Of a stretch of DNA of 64,000 nt, positions 12,801 to 24,041 are shown in pieces. The stretch comes from Hormiphora californensis (taxonomy: Eukaryota; Animalia; Ctenophora): positions 992,001 to 1,056,000 of the forward strand of contig CM035354.1 in assembly GCA_020137815.1 (NCBI GenBank), in the 5' to 3' direction. Position 1 is the first letter of the stretch. Every line of letters starts with the position of its first letter. The position numbers and the translations under genes were made by a program. The notes beneath the pieces are model-generated. The model searched no databases and was not told where the DNA came from. It was given only the letters and a program-made list of their open reading frames with translations.

Positions 12801-14822
12801 TGGTGGTGTGAAGTGGTGTGAAGAAGCCGGGACCCATACCAGGAGGTACCCTCACTCCCACTCACAAACCGGAGCTGAACCTGCAGGAGGAACAGGTGTG
12901 TGAACTGGGGGTGTGAAGTAATGGAATAGGACAGCTGACTGCTGAATCATTACGTTTAATTAAAATGAAAAGTACTTACATCTTGATAGCTCATATACTG
13001 TGTTTTGCGCGCCCCGCCCTCTTTACAAATGTAAATGGAGGGTTAGAACATAACAACTTACGTCTGGATGTCCTTAATTAAGTGTGAACTGGGGGTGTGA
13101 AGAAGGGGTAAAGTGGGGGTGAAGAAGGGGTGTGAAGAAGGGGTGAAGTAGTGGAATACCACGGTGACAGCTGCTGACTGCTGAATCATTACGTTTAAAA
13201 TGAAAATTACTTACATCTTGATAGCTATACTGTGTTTTGCGCGCCCTGCCCTCTTTACAAATGTAAATGGAGGGTTAGAACTTAACAACTTACGTCTGGA
13301 TAGTTCATGTTCTTAATTAAGTGTGAAGTGGGGGTGTGAAGAAGGGGTAAAGTGGGGGTGAAGAAGGGGTGTGAAGAAGGGGTGAAGTAGTGGAATACCA
13401 CGGTGACAGCTGACTGCTGCTGAACCATCACTTACGTCTGGATAGTTCATGTCCTTGATTAAGTAAATTGATTTCTTCTTGTCCTCACTATCCTCGGATA
13501 CGGTAGAGCTACTGCCAAGTAATATTTGCGCTTTAAGCTGCTTTTTCTTCCCTGAAAACGGTTTCGTAACAATTCCAAAAGCTGGGCAAATAATGAGGTA
13601 CCTATGTCATAAATAATATTGTATTTGTTTGCATAGCCACTAGCTAGACCCCGATTCAGACCCGATCCGAACTTGCACGCCACGCACAGGGGATAGCGTG
13701 ACATGCCCAAGATCCGGACAGACAAACTTCACCCTGATATAATACAGGGGCATTACCATTTCCCCCAACAACCCGGTAAATAGAGGTCCATGTTTTCCTT
13801 TCACCACTAACCTGGAAAGAAGCATAATTTCACTCCGGTGCAACTCATATAGAATTTGATCCATTTGGTTCCGTTTTTAGGTAATCCTCTAACTTCTACA
13901 TTACCTAAAAAAAGTGATATGCTTCCAACCAATCGTGACAGCTACCACAGAGAATAGAGATTCTTTACGCAGTTTTGAGCTGTCAGGCCAATGCTCTGTC
14001 AGGTTTTAAGGGGAATGCTAAATTCCCCTTAAAACCAGGGCCCAGGGGGGACAGAAATATCAAAACAAAATCGAAGAAAAGGAAATACCTGACCACCAAA
14101 CATCTTCTAAATCTGCTGGACATATCGCCGGGAGAATGGCACTTCCTGATCGTGAGTCAGTGGGCCCAACTGGACTTGTCGGGGCCTGATCCACAGGGGG
14201 AGCGGGCTTCTTATCTGCAAGTACATAACCACAGTGATTCTAGTTGTGACCCAGGCTAGTTATACAAGATGCCAAATTGTTTCTCAGTCTCTAATCCCTC
14301 TATTATAGCTCCCCTCTCTCCCAGTGGTGCTCCGTCAGATTCGTCGAGTGGCCTGACACTGTGTCCGTGCTCCGCAAGTATGAACAATTCAACATACGTA
14401 TATGTTGAATATATTCGCCGCCAACATAAAGCGTCGCCAAAAGCCTTGTCCACAACATCCAATACGCACTCCGCTAAAATTTGACGCTTTTTTGCACATC
14501 CTGGACGTCGTGGACAATCCTTTGGGCGGCGCTGTGCCGGCGGCCAATATGTGACGGAGCACCACAGTCTCTCTCTCTCCCTAAACAAGATCTGTCAAAT
14601 AAGTTACCCCCCTGTCACTGAGCATTGCTCTGACAGTTTACCCCTCAACTTACACTCTTCAAGAAGCTTCGTAATTCTTTGACTTAAGTCGTCTGGTAGC
14701 TTCTTAAGTATCTTCTTATCTTCAGAGATCTCGCCAAGCAGAGTGTAGACATCTGAGACAGCAATCAACGATGAAAGGTTGAATATAATATAAGGTGTGG
14801 GTTAATCTCTCTCTCCCTCTCT

Positions 14823-14883
<61 letters not shown>

Positions 14884-15026
14884 TCTCTCTCCTTCTCTCT
14901 CTCTCTCTCCTTCTCTCTCTCTCTCTCTCTCTCCCTCTTAACTCTGATGTCTCAAACACCCCCGTGAGACTCCAAATGCTTACTGTTATAAAACTCCTCA
15001 AGCTCAATGGTTGAAAGATGCGACAT
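3818..15026 (-). CDS. SKAP1/SKAP2-like adaptor (N-terminal helical region, PH, Pro-rich linker, SH3); one exon disrupted in this assembly
   Basis: Exons 15026-14984, 14752-14654, 14214-14089, 13904-13812, 13551-13436, 12635-12460 and 12210-12065 are phase-compatible, followed by 11909-11042 (MITE-interrupted), 10832-10748 and a tentative last exon 3858-3818. PH: LPAICPADLEDVWWSGNVEVRG...KWIKFYMSCTGVKLCFFPGKKKQLKAQILL...VQLRFVSGSEGTSWY. SH3: FSHVYQLEWPF...DLLSLYRGQLVHLMERVNTDWW. Confidence 0.7.
4795..5473. mobile_element. Solo LTR (679 bp)
   Basis: TGTAA...TTACA termini; 4-bp target duplication ATGA (4791-4794 and 5474-5477) inside one 78-bp unit; internal TATATAA near 5106; no coding interior. 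Confidence 0.85.
7012..10441 (-). mobile_element. Apparently full-length RTE-type non-LTR retrotransposon
   Basis: Single long ORF, very short 3' UTR, (TAAG)n tail at about 7012-7028; splits the spacer block at CGAAAT/TAATAAAA with AAAT on both sides. Confidence 0.9.
7048..10263 (-). CDS. LINE polyprotein: AP endonuclease plus reverse transcriptase (1071 aa)
   Basis: APE motifs ATWNV, LTETHW, GDFNA, QIDH, SDHYLV; RT motifs QCGFR, FIDFKSAFD, GTGQG, YADD, FTYLGS; C-terminal RLRWFGH...RGRPRKTW typical of RTE; no internal stops. Confidence 0.95.
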   Translation of the reverse strand: MSSSNLALVKAGKHLIPDSEVRVTRGREEGKAGSGDSGPSDLMGVSDLVSFNRRVISGQHIPGVAAPGSFSSFSSFKPINAVRNHFHLATWNVLSLQSSSSKLYELSNAVSSFQLDVLLLTETHWPGTEVMTLDNGHLFINSGRADGLRRQGVGLVLSKSVKKSLISYSPFSERIMAARLHTKHVNISLVIAYAPTNDKDDAVKEEFYNQLSSVLDRLPRQDVVFLGGDFNARVGGGHSLHQVSNDNGERLEDLCGIHQLSIGGKMFPHRDHHKGTWRSPDGTTVTQIDHLCVGNKWRSSLLDVRVLRSADIGSDHYLVRGKVRIRLSAAKNCRKPVREVPAIENLRKGCDETRTEYNVSLRNRFESLEPEESLEGQWGQLKEVIGEVSLEVLGARPKRIRQQHLSLETRDLIAQRAELKKNDPEGGSEYSRLNKLVKKAARVDDERWADSLASDLEDAAVHGRQRELWQHMKDLSGVRKRGGTAVRDRNGELIADPVQQRERWAEHFSELLNPPVTTSQLSDLDGLEVDPCFEDLGEDDPPPSRGEVLVALNRLKNHKSPGVDGISNEQLRYGSSGLVGPLVDLFGGVWREEKVPEEWLKGVISVIPKKGDASVCSNNRGITLRSTTSKLFQIIMLNRLSSGLELALRENQCGFRRNRSCVDQIYSLRTIIHQCIEYNLPLYINFIDFKSAFDCINRDFIWAAFRHYGLPEKYVRIIRAFFDGTVSAVKHDGELSSWFSVLSGTGQGDIQGPPVFNIVINWAAQLAESNKTVSRGLTLHGAESDEGGEWIMDLDYADDMAVMDDTEEGLQESTDLLVKYAGYAGLKINAKKTKVVAFSKGLSQRPFSEADTVSISVEGNPVEQVSSFTYLGSALSSDGTIDKELGIRIGKAYSAFSMLCRIWYNRNIRTCTKIRIYRAAVLTVLLYGCEAWTTTQVQDRRVEAFHQRCLRRILRIQWFRRVSNREVLERAGIEPISKFIGNGRLRWFGHLIRMPEGRVPNKLYHWVPSHGRRSRGRPRKTWSSCVLNDYRDATGQSQSLRAVTNTAENRNEWRQLTSLRARILGAGHSND
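10828..10932. repeat. 32-bp tandem repeat, 3 copies, containing a splice acceptor
   Basis: GGTCCTGGACAGGGATGATAAGGGGGTCAGTA units overlap the acceptor of exon 10832-10748. Confidence 0.85.
11173..11865. mobile_element. MITE with 8-bp TSD
   Basis: TIRs CCCAGTGGCAG(G/A)AAGATGA; TSD GGGCTGTT at 11165-11172 and 11866-11873; internal tandem duplication of about 165 bp. Confidence 0.9.
14322..14567. mobile_element. Small hAT-like MITE
   Basis: CAGTGGTGCTCCGTCA ... TGACGGAGCACCACAG termini in a CT-rich site; TSD not exact. Confidence 0.6.
14807..14936. repeat. (CT)n microsatellite; similar GA/CT tracts at about 27462-27536, 35177-35270 and 48911-48979
   Basis: Direct inspection. Confidence 0.95.
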
Positions 15027-18000
15027 AATCGATTATCGATGTAGTAAGAGAGCAAAGGAAAAGCTGAAAGCTCTATGCATTGAGAGAGTAACAAAACACC
15101 ACGTTGAGTCAGATTCAACAACAACATGTACTTCCTACATCCAGCTGAGCTTCCTCTCTTTCTTCTTCCTTTCTCTCCTTGCCAGAGCTATTATAACAAC
15201 AGAGGACCAATATTAATAGAGATGAACCATGTGATAATTTTATTTGATCCGATTTGCTGGTTTAGATAAAGGTGAAATATCGTTTAACCTATATTAAAGG
15301 TTCTGGAAAATCGTTGTTGAGTAAGGGGTGATTCGGAGTCACCCCTTACTCAACTTTTAAGTTTCATTTTCAGTCAAGTCAGGTTCTTAAAAGAACCTGA
15401 CTTGACTGAAAATGAAAATAAAGTAGATATTTTTGATTGAGATAATATTTTATTTGAGCAATATTTGATAGAGCTGTGCAATATTTGACAGCTAAATATT
15501 GTCTCGTGAGAACTTATGATCTCTGATAACGATTTAACTACATGGCCTGACACTATCTCTCGGAGCGTGCAAGAACTGTGGTCAAGGCATTGGCCTGACA
15601 GAAATGGCTAAAACTCTTGGCTTGCTCGGCCCTGGTCTCGACCTGCTCATTAGGTTGGTTACGAAGCGTTGAGGGTTAATTTCATTACCAACTCCTCAGC
15701 AGCATAGGTACCTACATTTTATATTATACCTACACGGTTTCTTTCGCCATGGTGCGATCAATAACCATTTCCATCAGGGGGCATCGGGGAAGATTGGGGG
15801 GCGAAGGCAGCAGGGACGAGCAGATATACTAAGTTGGGTAACTGACTATTTTTATATTTAATTTATTACAGATTTGATTATTGTTAAGTGTATACACGTA
15901 TTTATATTCAGGCCGATGTTGGTCGCCACCCCAAAAAATTATACACGGTTAATCTGGTTCAAAAACTTTATTCCTTGTTTTTGTGAAAGCAAGAAACACT
16001 AAAACATGTTGCCAAGTTAGACTGTTATTCGCACGAAACATGATGTTTATAACTACTGTGCTTGTAGTATATTGTTTATAAAAACGATTGTTGTTGAGTA
16101 AGGGGGAAGAGTGACTCTTCCCCCTTACTCAACAAGATTGTTGAGCAACTGATAACTCAACAAGAAAATGGTTGTTTTGTTCGAACAAGGAAAGAAAATG
16201 GGGAGTCGTATTATACGGTCTCCTGCATTTTCTTGCTGTTGTATATGCTAAAGTATTATAGTTAAGTATTGGTTACGAAGTCACCCCTATTATTGCATAT
16301 AGGGGTGACAATACCGCCTACCTAAAAATGAAAATTTACGGGACCTTCTCATAAAAAGTTATCGAAAACTTGTCTAAAACCTATCTAAAACGTATGGTAC
16401 TAGTTTGTATAGTAACCAGGACCTGAATTCTACAGAAAGTAACGACCGGTAGCGATTACACCGCATGTTTAACAACAGAGGTGTGTCGCATAACTCCTTA
16501 TATGGGCATAAAATTCCAATCTTGTGGAATTTTTTCTGACTCGACTATAGCTTAGTTATCAATGAATCCACCTCTAATACCTTTGGAATGGCATTTTGCA
16601 CATTTCTGAAGGTTTTTGTAGCCAAATTCCAGCATCTTCATAGTTTTCCAAAAACAAAAACAGTGTTAATGGCCAAAATATCGAAAAATTCCGGTATGTA
16701 ATGGTAGCTCAGACAATTTCCTCGGTATGTTCAAAAAATTAGAACTTTCTGTTTTGTAGTTTGGACACAGGAATTTTTTTCCCGCCGTACAAGCGATATT
16801 ATTACCCCTCCGTGAGCTAGCGCAGAGGGGGAATTTCATTACCAAAGTTAAGTATTGGTAATGAACATAAACAGTTTTTAGTGTGTCCAATCAAACATTA
16901 AAACTTGAATTCTCGTGTTCTGACTCCTGATATTATACGGTCTTTGACTAATGACTTTTCATTATTTAATTTCACTGCATTGTAGCTGCACTAGGACGTA
17001 TAATGTACACTAGAATTGCCTAGCTAGACTGTGTTTCGCACGCCTAGAGAGCATACATACACTATTCCCATCACCCTCTCTGTAGAACATTATCTCACCT
17101 AGGATCACACACAAATACCACGTGGCATTGTACTGGCCAATCAACGCGATATGAAGTGCTGAACAAATTAAACTTTTGACAAAAGCACTCGCACGTTACG
17201 CGAAGTCCGTGCCATTACCGTATCCGCTACTACCGTATCTCTCCACTACAAGCACCACTGTGCCAGGACCGGTGTGGAAAAATTTTTAAAGTGATTGAGT
17301 CACCTGGCACTATGTCCACGCTTGTATGAACATTTCAAAAACCCTGCTGAAACATAGCAGTGTGATTGATTGGAGGATAGGTACATAGGTATGAGAAGCT
17401 CGTACACTGTTTAAAACATTTTTGAGGTCTTGCATACATAAAATTCCAAATATAATATTATGCACAATATACAAGCATATTTAAAATTCATTTCAGTTTT
17501 CTATAAATAGCACTCTATAACTCTATTCTTATGGCTCATTCTCGGAAGGTGCAAGTCAGTCGTTGCACAGCCTTCGTCATTCGTCAACGATTGCACAAAG
17601 GACTAGCATACCTATATCCTGTAATAGCAATACAGGTAGACGGTACGTTGCAGTAACGTGTGATGTCTATTATCTGTAGTTCACAGTCGTTGTCATTTCC
17701 ACTCAGTGTCGGGAAAGACACGCACAGACTGACTTGCAAAACTGTAGCGAGGAAGGAGTATATATAAACGCATAACTCATAACCATAACCACCAACTTGC
17801 CTGGGAAAGTAGTAAACACTAAATATTCATGCCAAGTTAAGTCGTTTGAAATTTAGTTAGTAGGGTGTATAGAAAGAGAGAGAAGGGAGAGCCAAGGAAA
17901 GAACTGGGTAAGATCTGTCAGGCCAGTACAGTTCTCAGTACCCCACCAATGTTCTGATGACAAAGGAAGAGAGGAAGAATTACATGGGAACAAAGAGAAG

Positions 18001-18273
18001 AGGACCCGTCCATAATTCATATTTACTATTTTGTACACGCAGCCAGTCATTAAACTTTTCAAGATCTTGTTTTGTTCCAGCACTACAAGCTCTGGAAGGT
18101 ACCATACTTTCACACATCTATTTTGGCAGTCTAAACAATTTGATACGTATAGCTTGCCAATACAGCTGTACTACCGATTTTAAGCCGTAGGGTCCACTAG
18201 TTATATTCAAAAAGTGCTGGACAAGTCCTCATACTGTCCCCAACAGATATATATATACCCAACCATGTGGCAG

Positions 18274-18523
18274 CTGAGTCAGCTTTTCAAGACGAATCCA
18301 ACGCAACCGGAATTAGCTTTCTATCTTATCGGGAAGGTTCGGTTCACACACACACACACACACACTCATTTTTGCCGCGTGAGCCAATCAGAGGCCAGAA
18401 TTTCGAAATCCAGCCCTCTGATTGGCTCGTGCGGCTAAAATTGAAAAAAGTGAACCAGACCTTCCCGATAAGATAGAAAGCTAATTCCGGTTACGTTGGA
18501 TTCGTCTTGAAAAGCTGATTCAG
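18274..18523. mobile_element. MITE with TIRs of about 65 bp
   Basis: CTGAGTCAGCTTTTCAAGACGAATCC...CGGGAAGG is mirrored at the right end; internal (CA)n and a GAGCCAATCAGAG/CTCTGATTGGCTC hairpin. Confidence 0.8.
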
Positions 18524-19073
18524 AAAAGCTCCGTGCCTCATTTGTCAGTCAGTGTCGGAGCTCCGAATTAAACCCCACATCATTGTTATTACACTGAAGC
18601 TCTAACAGTGCTACTTGTAGGATATAAGTATATATGACTTATTTGTATTATATGTCTATAGTGTGAGAGCGGGAAGAGTCACTTATATTATGACTCTAGA
18701 ATAAATGTTGAAATTCATTTTCAGAGCTCCAACACTGACTCATTATTGGCCCCCCGCCACCTGGTCTCCTTCTCTCCCTCCGAGTTAGCTCAAATAGGTT
18801 TATTGAATATGGGTTTATTGGGTTTATTGTTTATATAACTCCGGGTTTATTGTTTATATAACCTCACTTTTTCGACAGCCGACTCTCTCCCTCCGAGTTA
18901 GCTCAAACATACCTATTATCCTATAGACGATTTGTATGTGTAGACGATTTGTATGTGTAGACGATTTCTGTATGTGTAGACGATTTGCGGTAATATATTA
19001 GTTCTGTTCGGAACTTTTTCGACCGCTTTAAAGCGCTTTAAAGCGTTTGAAAAAGCGCTTTATAGCATTACCT

Positions 19074-20025
19074 CGACCAAAACGCGGAGTTTTTACGTCA
19101 GCCGACCCGAAACCGGATTAAATTTTGCCACCCGCTGGTCTCAGGGCCTCCAAATATGTCAAAATATGTCTGAATTGTCATTTGGGGTCATTTAGACCTT
19201 TTAATTACATGTAATTACCCTTTAATTACATGTAATTACATTTTAATTACATGTAATTACTTCCAATTAAATTCCAATTACTTCAGCACCTCGAGAGCTT
19301 TCGAACGCACCCTAGAACACCTTTCTACTCCTTCTAATTGCCGAGTTCTGTATACCCCTTATTTTGACTGTTTTTCGCGTCCTACCCCTTAAAGGTTTGG
19401 GTATGGCCATCGCCACACCCCCTATACGTCGCGGGACCTCGAGACCTTTCCAACGAGCCATAGAACACCTCTCTACTACTTCAGGGGGCTTCAAAACTTT
19501 CACTCTAAAAATATCTATGGTTTATGGTTTATGGTTTATCGACCAAAACGCGGAGTTTTTACGTCAGCCGACCCGAAACCGGATTAAATTTGGCCACCCG
19601 CTGGTCTCAGGGCCTCAAAATATGTCAAAATATGTTTAAATTATCATTTGGGATCATGCAGACCTTTTAATTACATGTAATTACCCTTTAATTACATGTA
19701 ATTACCCTTTAATTACATGTAATTACTTCCAATTACATTCCAATTACTTCAGCACCTCGAGAGCTTTCGAACGCACCCTAGAACATCTTTCTACTCCTTC
19801 TAATTGCCGAGTTCTGTATACCCCTTATTTTGACTGTTTTTCGCGTCCTACCCCTTATAGGTTTGGGTATGGCCATCGCCACACCCCCTATACGTCGCGG
19901 GATCTCAAGACCTTTCCAACGAGCCATAGAACACCTCTCTACGACTTCAGGGGGCTTCAAAACTTTCACTCTAAAAATATCTATGGTTATGGTTTTATGG
20001 TTTATGGTTTATGGTTTTATGGTTT
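19074..20025 (+). repeat. Two tandem copies of a unit of about 466 bp, each ending in (TATGGTT)n
   Basis: GACCAAAACGCGGAG...CTCTAAAAATATCTATGG is duplicated; internal TAATTACATGTAATTA palindromes. Confidence 0.85.
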
Positions 20026-20779
20026 TTTTTCATCTGGTATTAAGGGCCTGTCGGCTCGGCCCCGTTGTTTTAGTGTTAGGGGGGATGTTTTAGGGGGGAT
20101 GGGTTGAGTTTGGGTTATATTCGGGTCGGGGGGCCTTGCCAGGCCCCGAATAAAGCGCACCGCTTTAAAGCGCTAAAAGCGCTTTAAAGCGATTCTTGTA
20201 GCTATTTAAAGCGCTATACCGCTATAAAGCGTTTTTTTTTGTTCAAAATCCAAAAATAAAGCGCTTTAAGTGCTTAAAAAGTGCTATAAAGCGCTTTTAA
20301 GAACGCTTTGAAGCGCTTTTAGCGCTTTAAATCGTACAGTAGCGCTATAAAGCGCTTTTTAAAGCGCTTTTAAAAGCGGTCTAAAAAGCACTTTTAAAAA
20401 GCGCTTTAAAAAGCGCTACAAAGCGCTATAAAGCGCTTTTTAAAGCGCTATAAAGCGCTTTATAGCGCTATAAAAAACGCTTTTTAGCGCTTTCAAAAGG
20501 GTAGAAGGGCCATGGCCCTAGAACACCGCCACGTGGCGGCGGGACGTGGCTAAAAGCGCTTTAAAACGATTCTTGTCGCGATTTAAAGCGCTTCCGAAAG
20601 CGCTATAAAGCGCTTTCGCAAGCGCTTTATAGCGCTACCGCTATAAAGCGCTTTTTTGTTCAAAATCCAAAAAATAAAGCACTTTAAAGCGTTCTTAAAA
20701 GCGCTTTATAGCGCTTTTTAAAGCGCTTTATTTTTGGATTTTGAACAAAAAAAAGCGCTTTATAGCGGTAGCGCTTTAA

Positions 20780-23429
20780 AGGGTAGTATGAAAGATTAGG
20801 TCGTGCGCGCCAAATGGCGCCATATGGCGCCATTTGGCGCCATCAAATTCGCCAAATGGCGCCACGTGGCGAATAAATGGCGCCATTTGGCGCCAAAATG
20901 TGGCGAGTGCGCACTATCGCCAAATATCGCCATTTCTGGCGCCATTTGGCGCCATTTGGCGCCAAATCTGGCGCCACGTGGCGCCACGTGGCGCCAGTGG
21001 CGATCGCCATTCGCCAAATATTGGCGACTCTTGGCGGTATCGCCACGTGGCGATGGTACAAAGTCTGAAAAAAACATGCGCAACATATTTATCGCCAAAT
21101 GGCGCCATTTGGCGATAAGAATAGCAAATTTTCAATGCTTTCCAAAATATGACGCTCGCCACTCGGCGCCGCGTGGCGCCATTTGGCGAAAAAATCGCCA
21201 ACTGGCGCCAATTGGCGCCATATGGCGCCAAATGTTGCTAGTTGCGCCAAACGTCGCCATGCGGCGCCATTTGGCGTCAAATGTCGCCATTTGGCGCCAA
21301 ATGTCGCCAAATGGCGCCAAATTTTTGCCAAATGTTTGTCGCCAAACGTCGCCATATGGCGCCATTTGTCGCCACTTGGCGCCGAACGTCGCCATTTGGC
21401 GCCAAATGTCGCCATATAGCGCCAAATGTCGCCATATCACGCCAAATATCGCCATATGGCGCCAAATATCGCCATATGGCGCCAAATATCGCCATATGGT
21501 AAAGTTAGTTCGCCATTTGGCGCCGAACGTCGCCACATGGCGCCATATGGCGCCAAATGTCGGTCAAAGTTAGTTCGCCATTTGGCGCCAAACGTCACCA
21601 AATGGCGCCAAATGTCGCCATATGGCGCCAAATGTCGCCAAATGGCGGTCGAAGTTAGTTCGCCATTTGGCGCCAAACGTCACCATATGGCGCCAATTGT
21701 CGCCATATGGCGCCAAATGTCGGTCAAAGTTAGTTCGCCATTTAGCGCCAAACGTCACCATATGGCGCCAATTGTCGCCATATGGCGCCAAATGTCGCCA
21801 TATGGCGCCAAATGGCGGTCAAAGTTAGTTCGCCACTTGGCGCCAAACGTCACCACATGGCGCCAAATGTCGCCATATGGCGCCAAATGTCGCCAAATGG
21901 CGGTCAAAGTTAGTTCGCCATTTAGCGCCAAACGTCACCATATGGCACCAATTGTCGCCATATGGCGCCAAATGTCGCCATATGGCGCCAAATGGCGGTC
22001 AAAGTTAGTTCGCCATTTGGCGCCAAACGTCACCACATGGCGCCAAATGTCGGTCAAAGTTAGTTCGCCATTTAGCGCCAAACGTCACCATATGGCGCCA
22101 ATTGTCGCCATATGGCGCCATATGGCGCCAAATGGCGACAAATATTGGACAAAAATTTGGCGCCATATGGCGACATTTGGCGCAAAATGGCGACTAACAT
22201 TTGACAAACAGTTTGCGCCATATGTCGCCAATTGGCGCCAAATGGCGACGTTTGGCGCCAAATGGCGATGTTTGGCGCCAAGTGGCGCCATATGGCGACA
22301 AATATTTGACAAAAATTTGGCGCCATATGGCGACATTTGGCGCCAGATGGCGACGTTTGGCGACAAATGGCGACTAACATTTGACAAACAGTTTGCGCCA
22401 TATCTCGCCATTTGGCGCTATATGGCGCCAAATGGCGACGTTCGGCGCCAAGTGGCGATGTTTGGCGCCAAATGGCGACAAACATTTGACAAAAATTTGG
22501 CGACATTTGGCGCCAAATGGCGACGTTTGGCGCCAAATGGCGACGTTTGGCCCAAAATGGCGACTAACATTTGACAAACAGTTTGCGCCATATGTCGCCA
22601 TTTGGCGCTATATGGCGACATTTGGCGCCAAATGGCGACGTTCGGCGACAAATGGCGCCAAATGGCGACAAACATTTGACAAAAATTTGGCGCCATATGG
22701 CGACATTTGGCGCCGAATGGCGACGTTTGGCGCTAAATGGCGCCATATGGCGATTCTTGGCGCCATATGTCGCCAAATGGCGACAAACGGCGCCATTTGG
22801 CGAATTAATCGCCAGTTGGCGCCACGTGGCGCAGAACGGCGAGTGTACACCTTTGAAAACCAATGAAAATATTATTGATACATTGACAAATGGCGATGTT
22901 TGGCGATGAGTATCGCCAAGTGGCGCCAAATGGCGCCATATGGCGAAAAATTCGCCAAATGGCGCGATTTGGCGCCATTTTGTGAAGATTGGCGCCAAAC
23001 GGCGCCATTTGGCGACGAACGGCGCCAGATGTCGCCAAACGGCGCCATTTGGCGACTTGATCTCCTGATCATTTAATGGCGCCATTTGGCGATAACAATT
23101 TTGCGCATGTTTTTTTTCAGACTTTGTACCATCGCCACGTGGCGATACCGCCAAGAGTCGCCAACATTTGGCGAATGGCGATCGCCACTGGCGCCACGTG
23201 GCGCCACGCGGCGCCAGATTTGGCGCCAGATTTGGCGCCAGATTTGGCGCCAAATGGCGCCATATGGCGCCAAAAATGGCGCCATTTGGCGATAGTGCGC
23301 ACTCGCCACATTTTGGCGCCAAATGGCGCCATTTGTTCGCCACGTGGCGCCATTTGGCGAATATGATGGCGCCATTTGGCGCCATATGGCGCCATTTGGC
23401 GCGCACGACCTAATCTTTCATACTACCCT
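20780..23429. mobile_element. Foldback element of 2.65 kb made of GGCGCCA(A/T)AT repeats; termini resemble Kolobok
   Basis: TIRs of about 330 bp starting AGGGTAGTATGAAAGATTAGGTCG, flanked by TTAA (TTTAAA) on both sides; the many ORFs here are low-complexity artefacts. Confidence 0.8.
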
Positions 23430-24041
23430 TTAAAGCGCTTGCGAAAGCGCTTTATAGCGCTTTCGGAAGCGCTTTAAATCGCGACAAGAATCGCTTTAAA
23501 GCGCTTTTAGCGCTTTAAAAGCGCTTTATAGCGCTATAAAGCGCTTTCTCAAACGCTTTAAAGCGCTACCGCTATAAAGCGCTTTTTTTTGTTCAAAATC
23601 CAAAAATAAAGCGCTTTAAAGCGGTCAGAAAAGTTCAGCCCAGAACTACCATATTACCCAGCTCGAGACTGCCTAACAGATTAGGACAGAGCCTCCCTTC
23701 GTGGTCATATCTTTCCCTCACATTTCAACCATCATCTCTCCCACCAGAGACATATGACAATAATTACATTGTTAAATAGGGATCCTTAAAAAAGTTCAGT
23801 ATTTACACAGCGTTTACACCAGTGTACTGTCAGAGCATTGGCCTGACCCATTCTCGTTTCTCTGAACTGTGGTCAGAGCATTGGCCTGACAGCCAGTGTA
23901 AGCTTTTACAGTTTTCCCCACGGTAGCGTGGCTGTGACGCAAAGGACTCGTTAATTGAGGGTACCCCTTGTGGAGTCCTTTGGAGTGCACTGCAGAGTGA
24001 TATTTTGTTTCCCTAGTGGGAGGCCCGCACCATATAGACCT

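Larger units (their letters stand above)
18989..23658. mobile_element. Composite non-autonomous foldback-type element rich in TAAAGCGC repeats
   Basis: Imperfect TIRs GGTAATAT..TAGTTCTG...GAACTTTT..GACCGCTTTAAAGCGC and its reverse complement; contains nested insertions; no TSD found. Confidence 0.65.

Noticed and set aside
13733-13811. Apparent exon VSGERKTWTSIY...
   Set aside because: Exon 13904-13812 fits both neighbouring phases and the PH pattern better; this stretch is intronic
17611-17800. Open minus-strand segment bounded by AG and GT (QVGGYGYELCVYI...)
   Set aside because: No partner exons or recognisable domain found
20796-23413. Dozens of overlapping WRHMAP/WRQMSP ORFs
   Set aside because: Low-complexity palindromic repeats lacking stop codons
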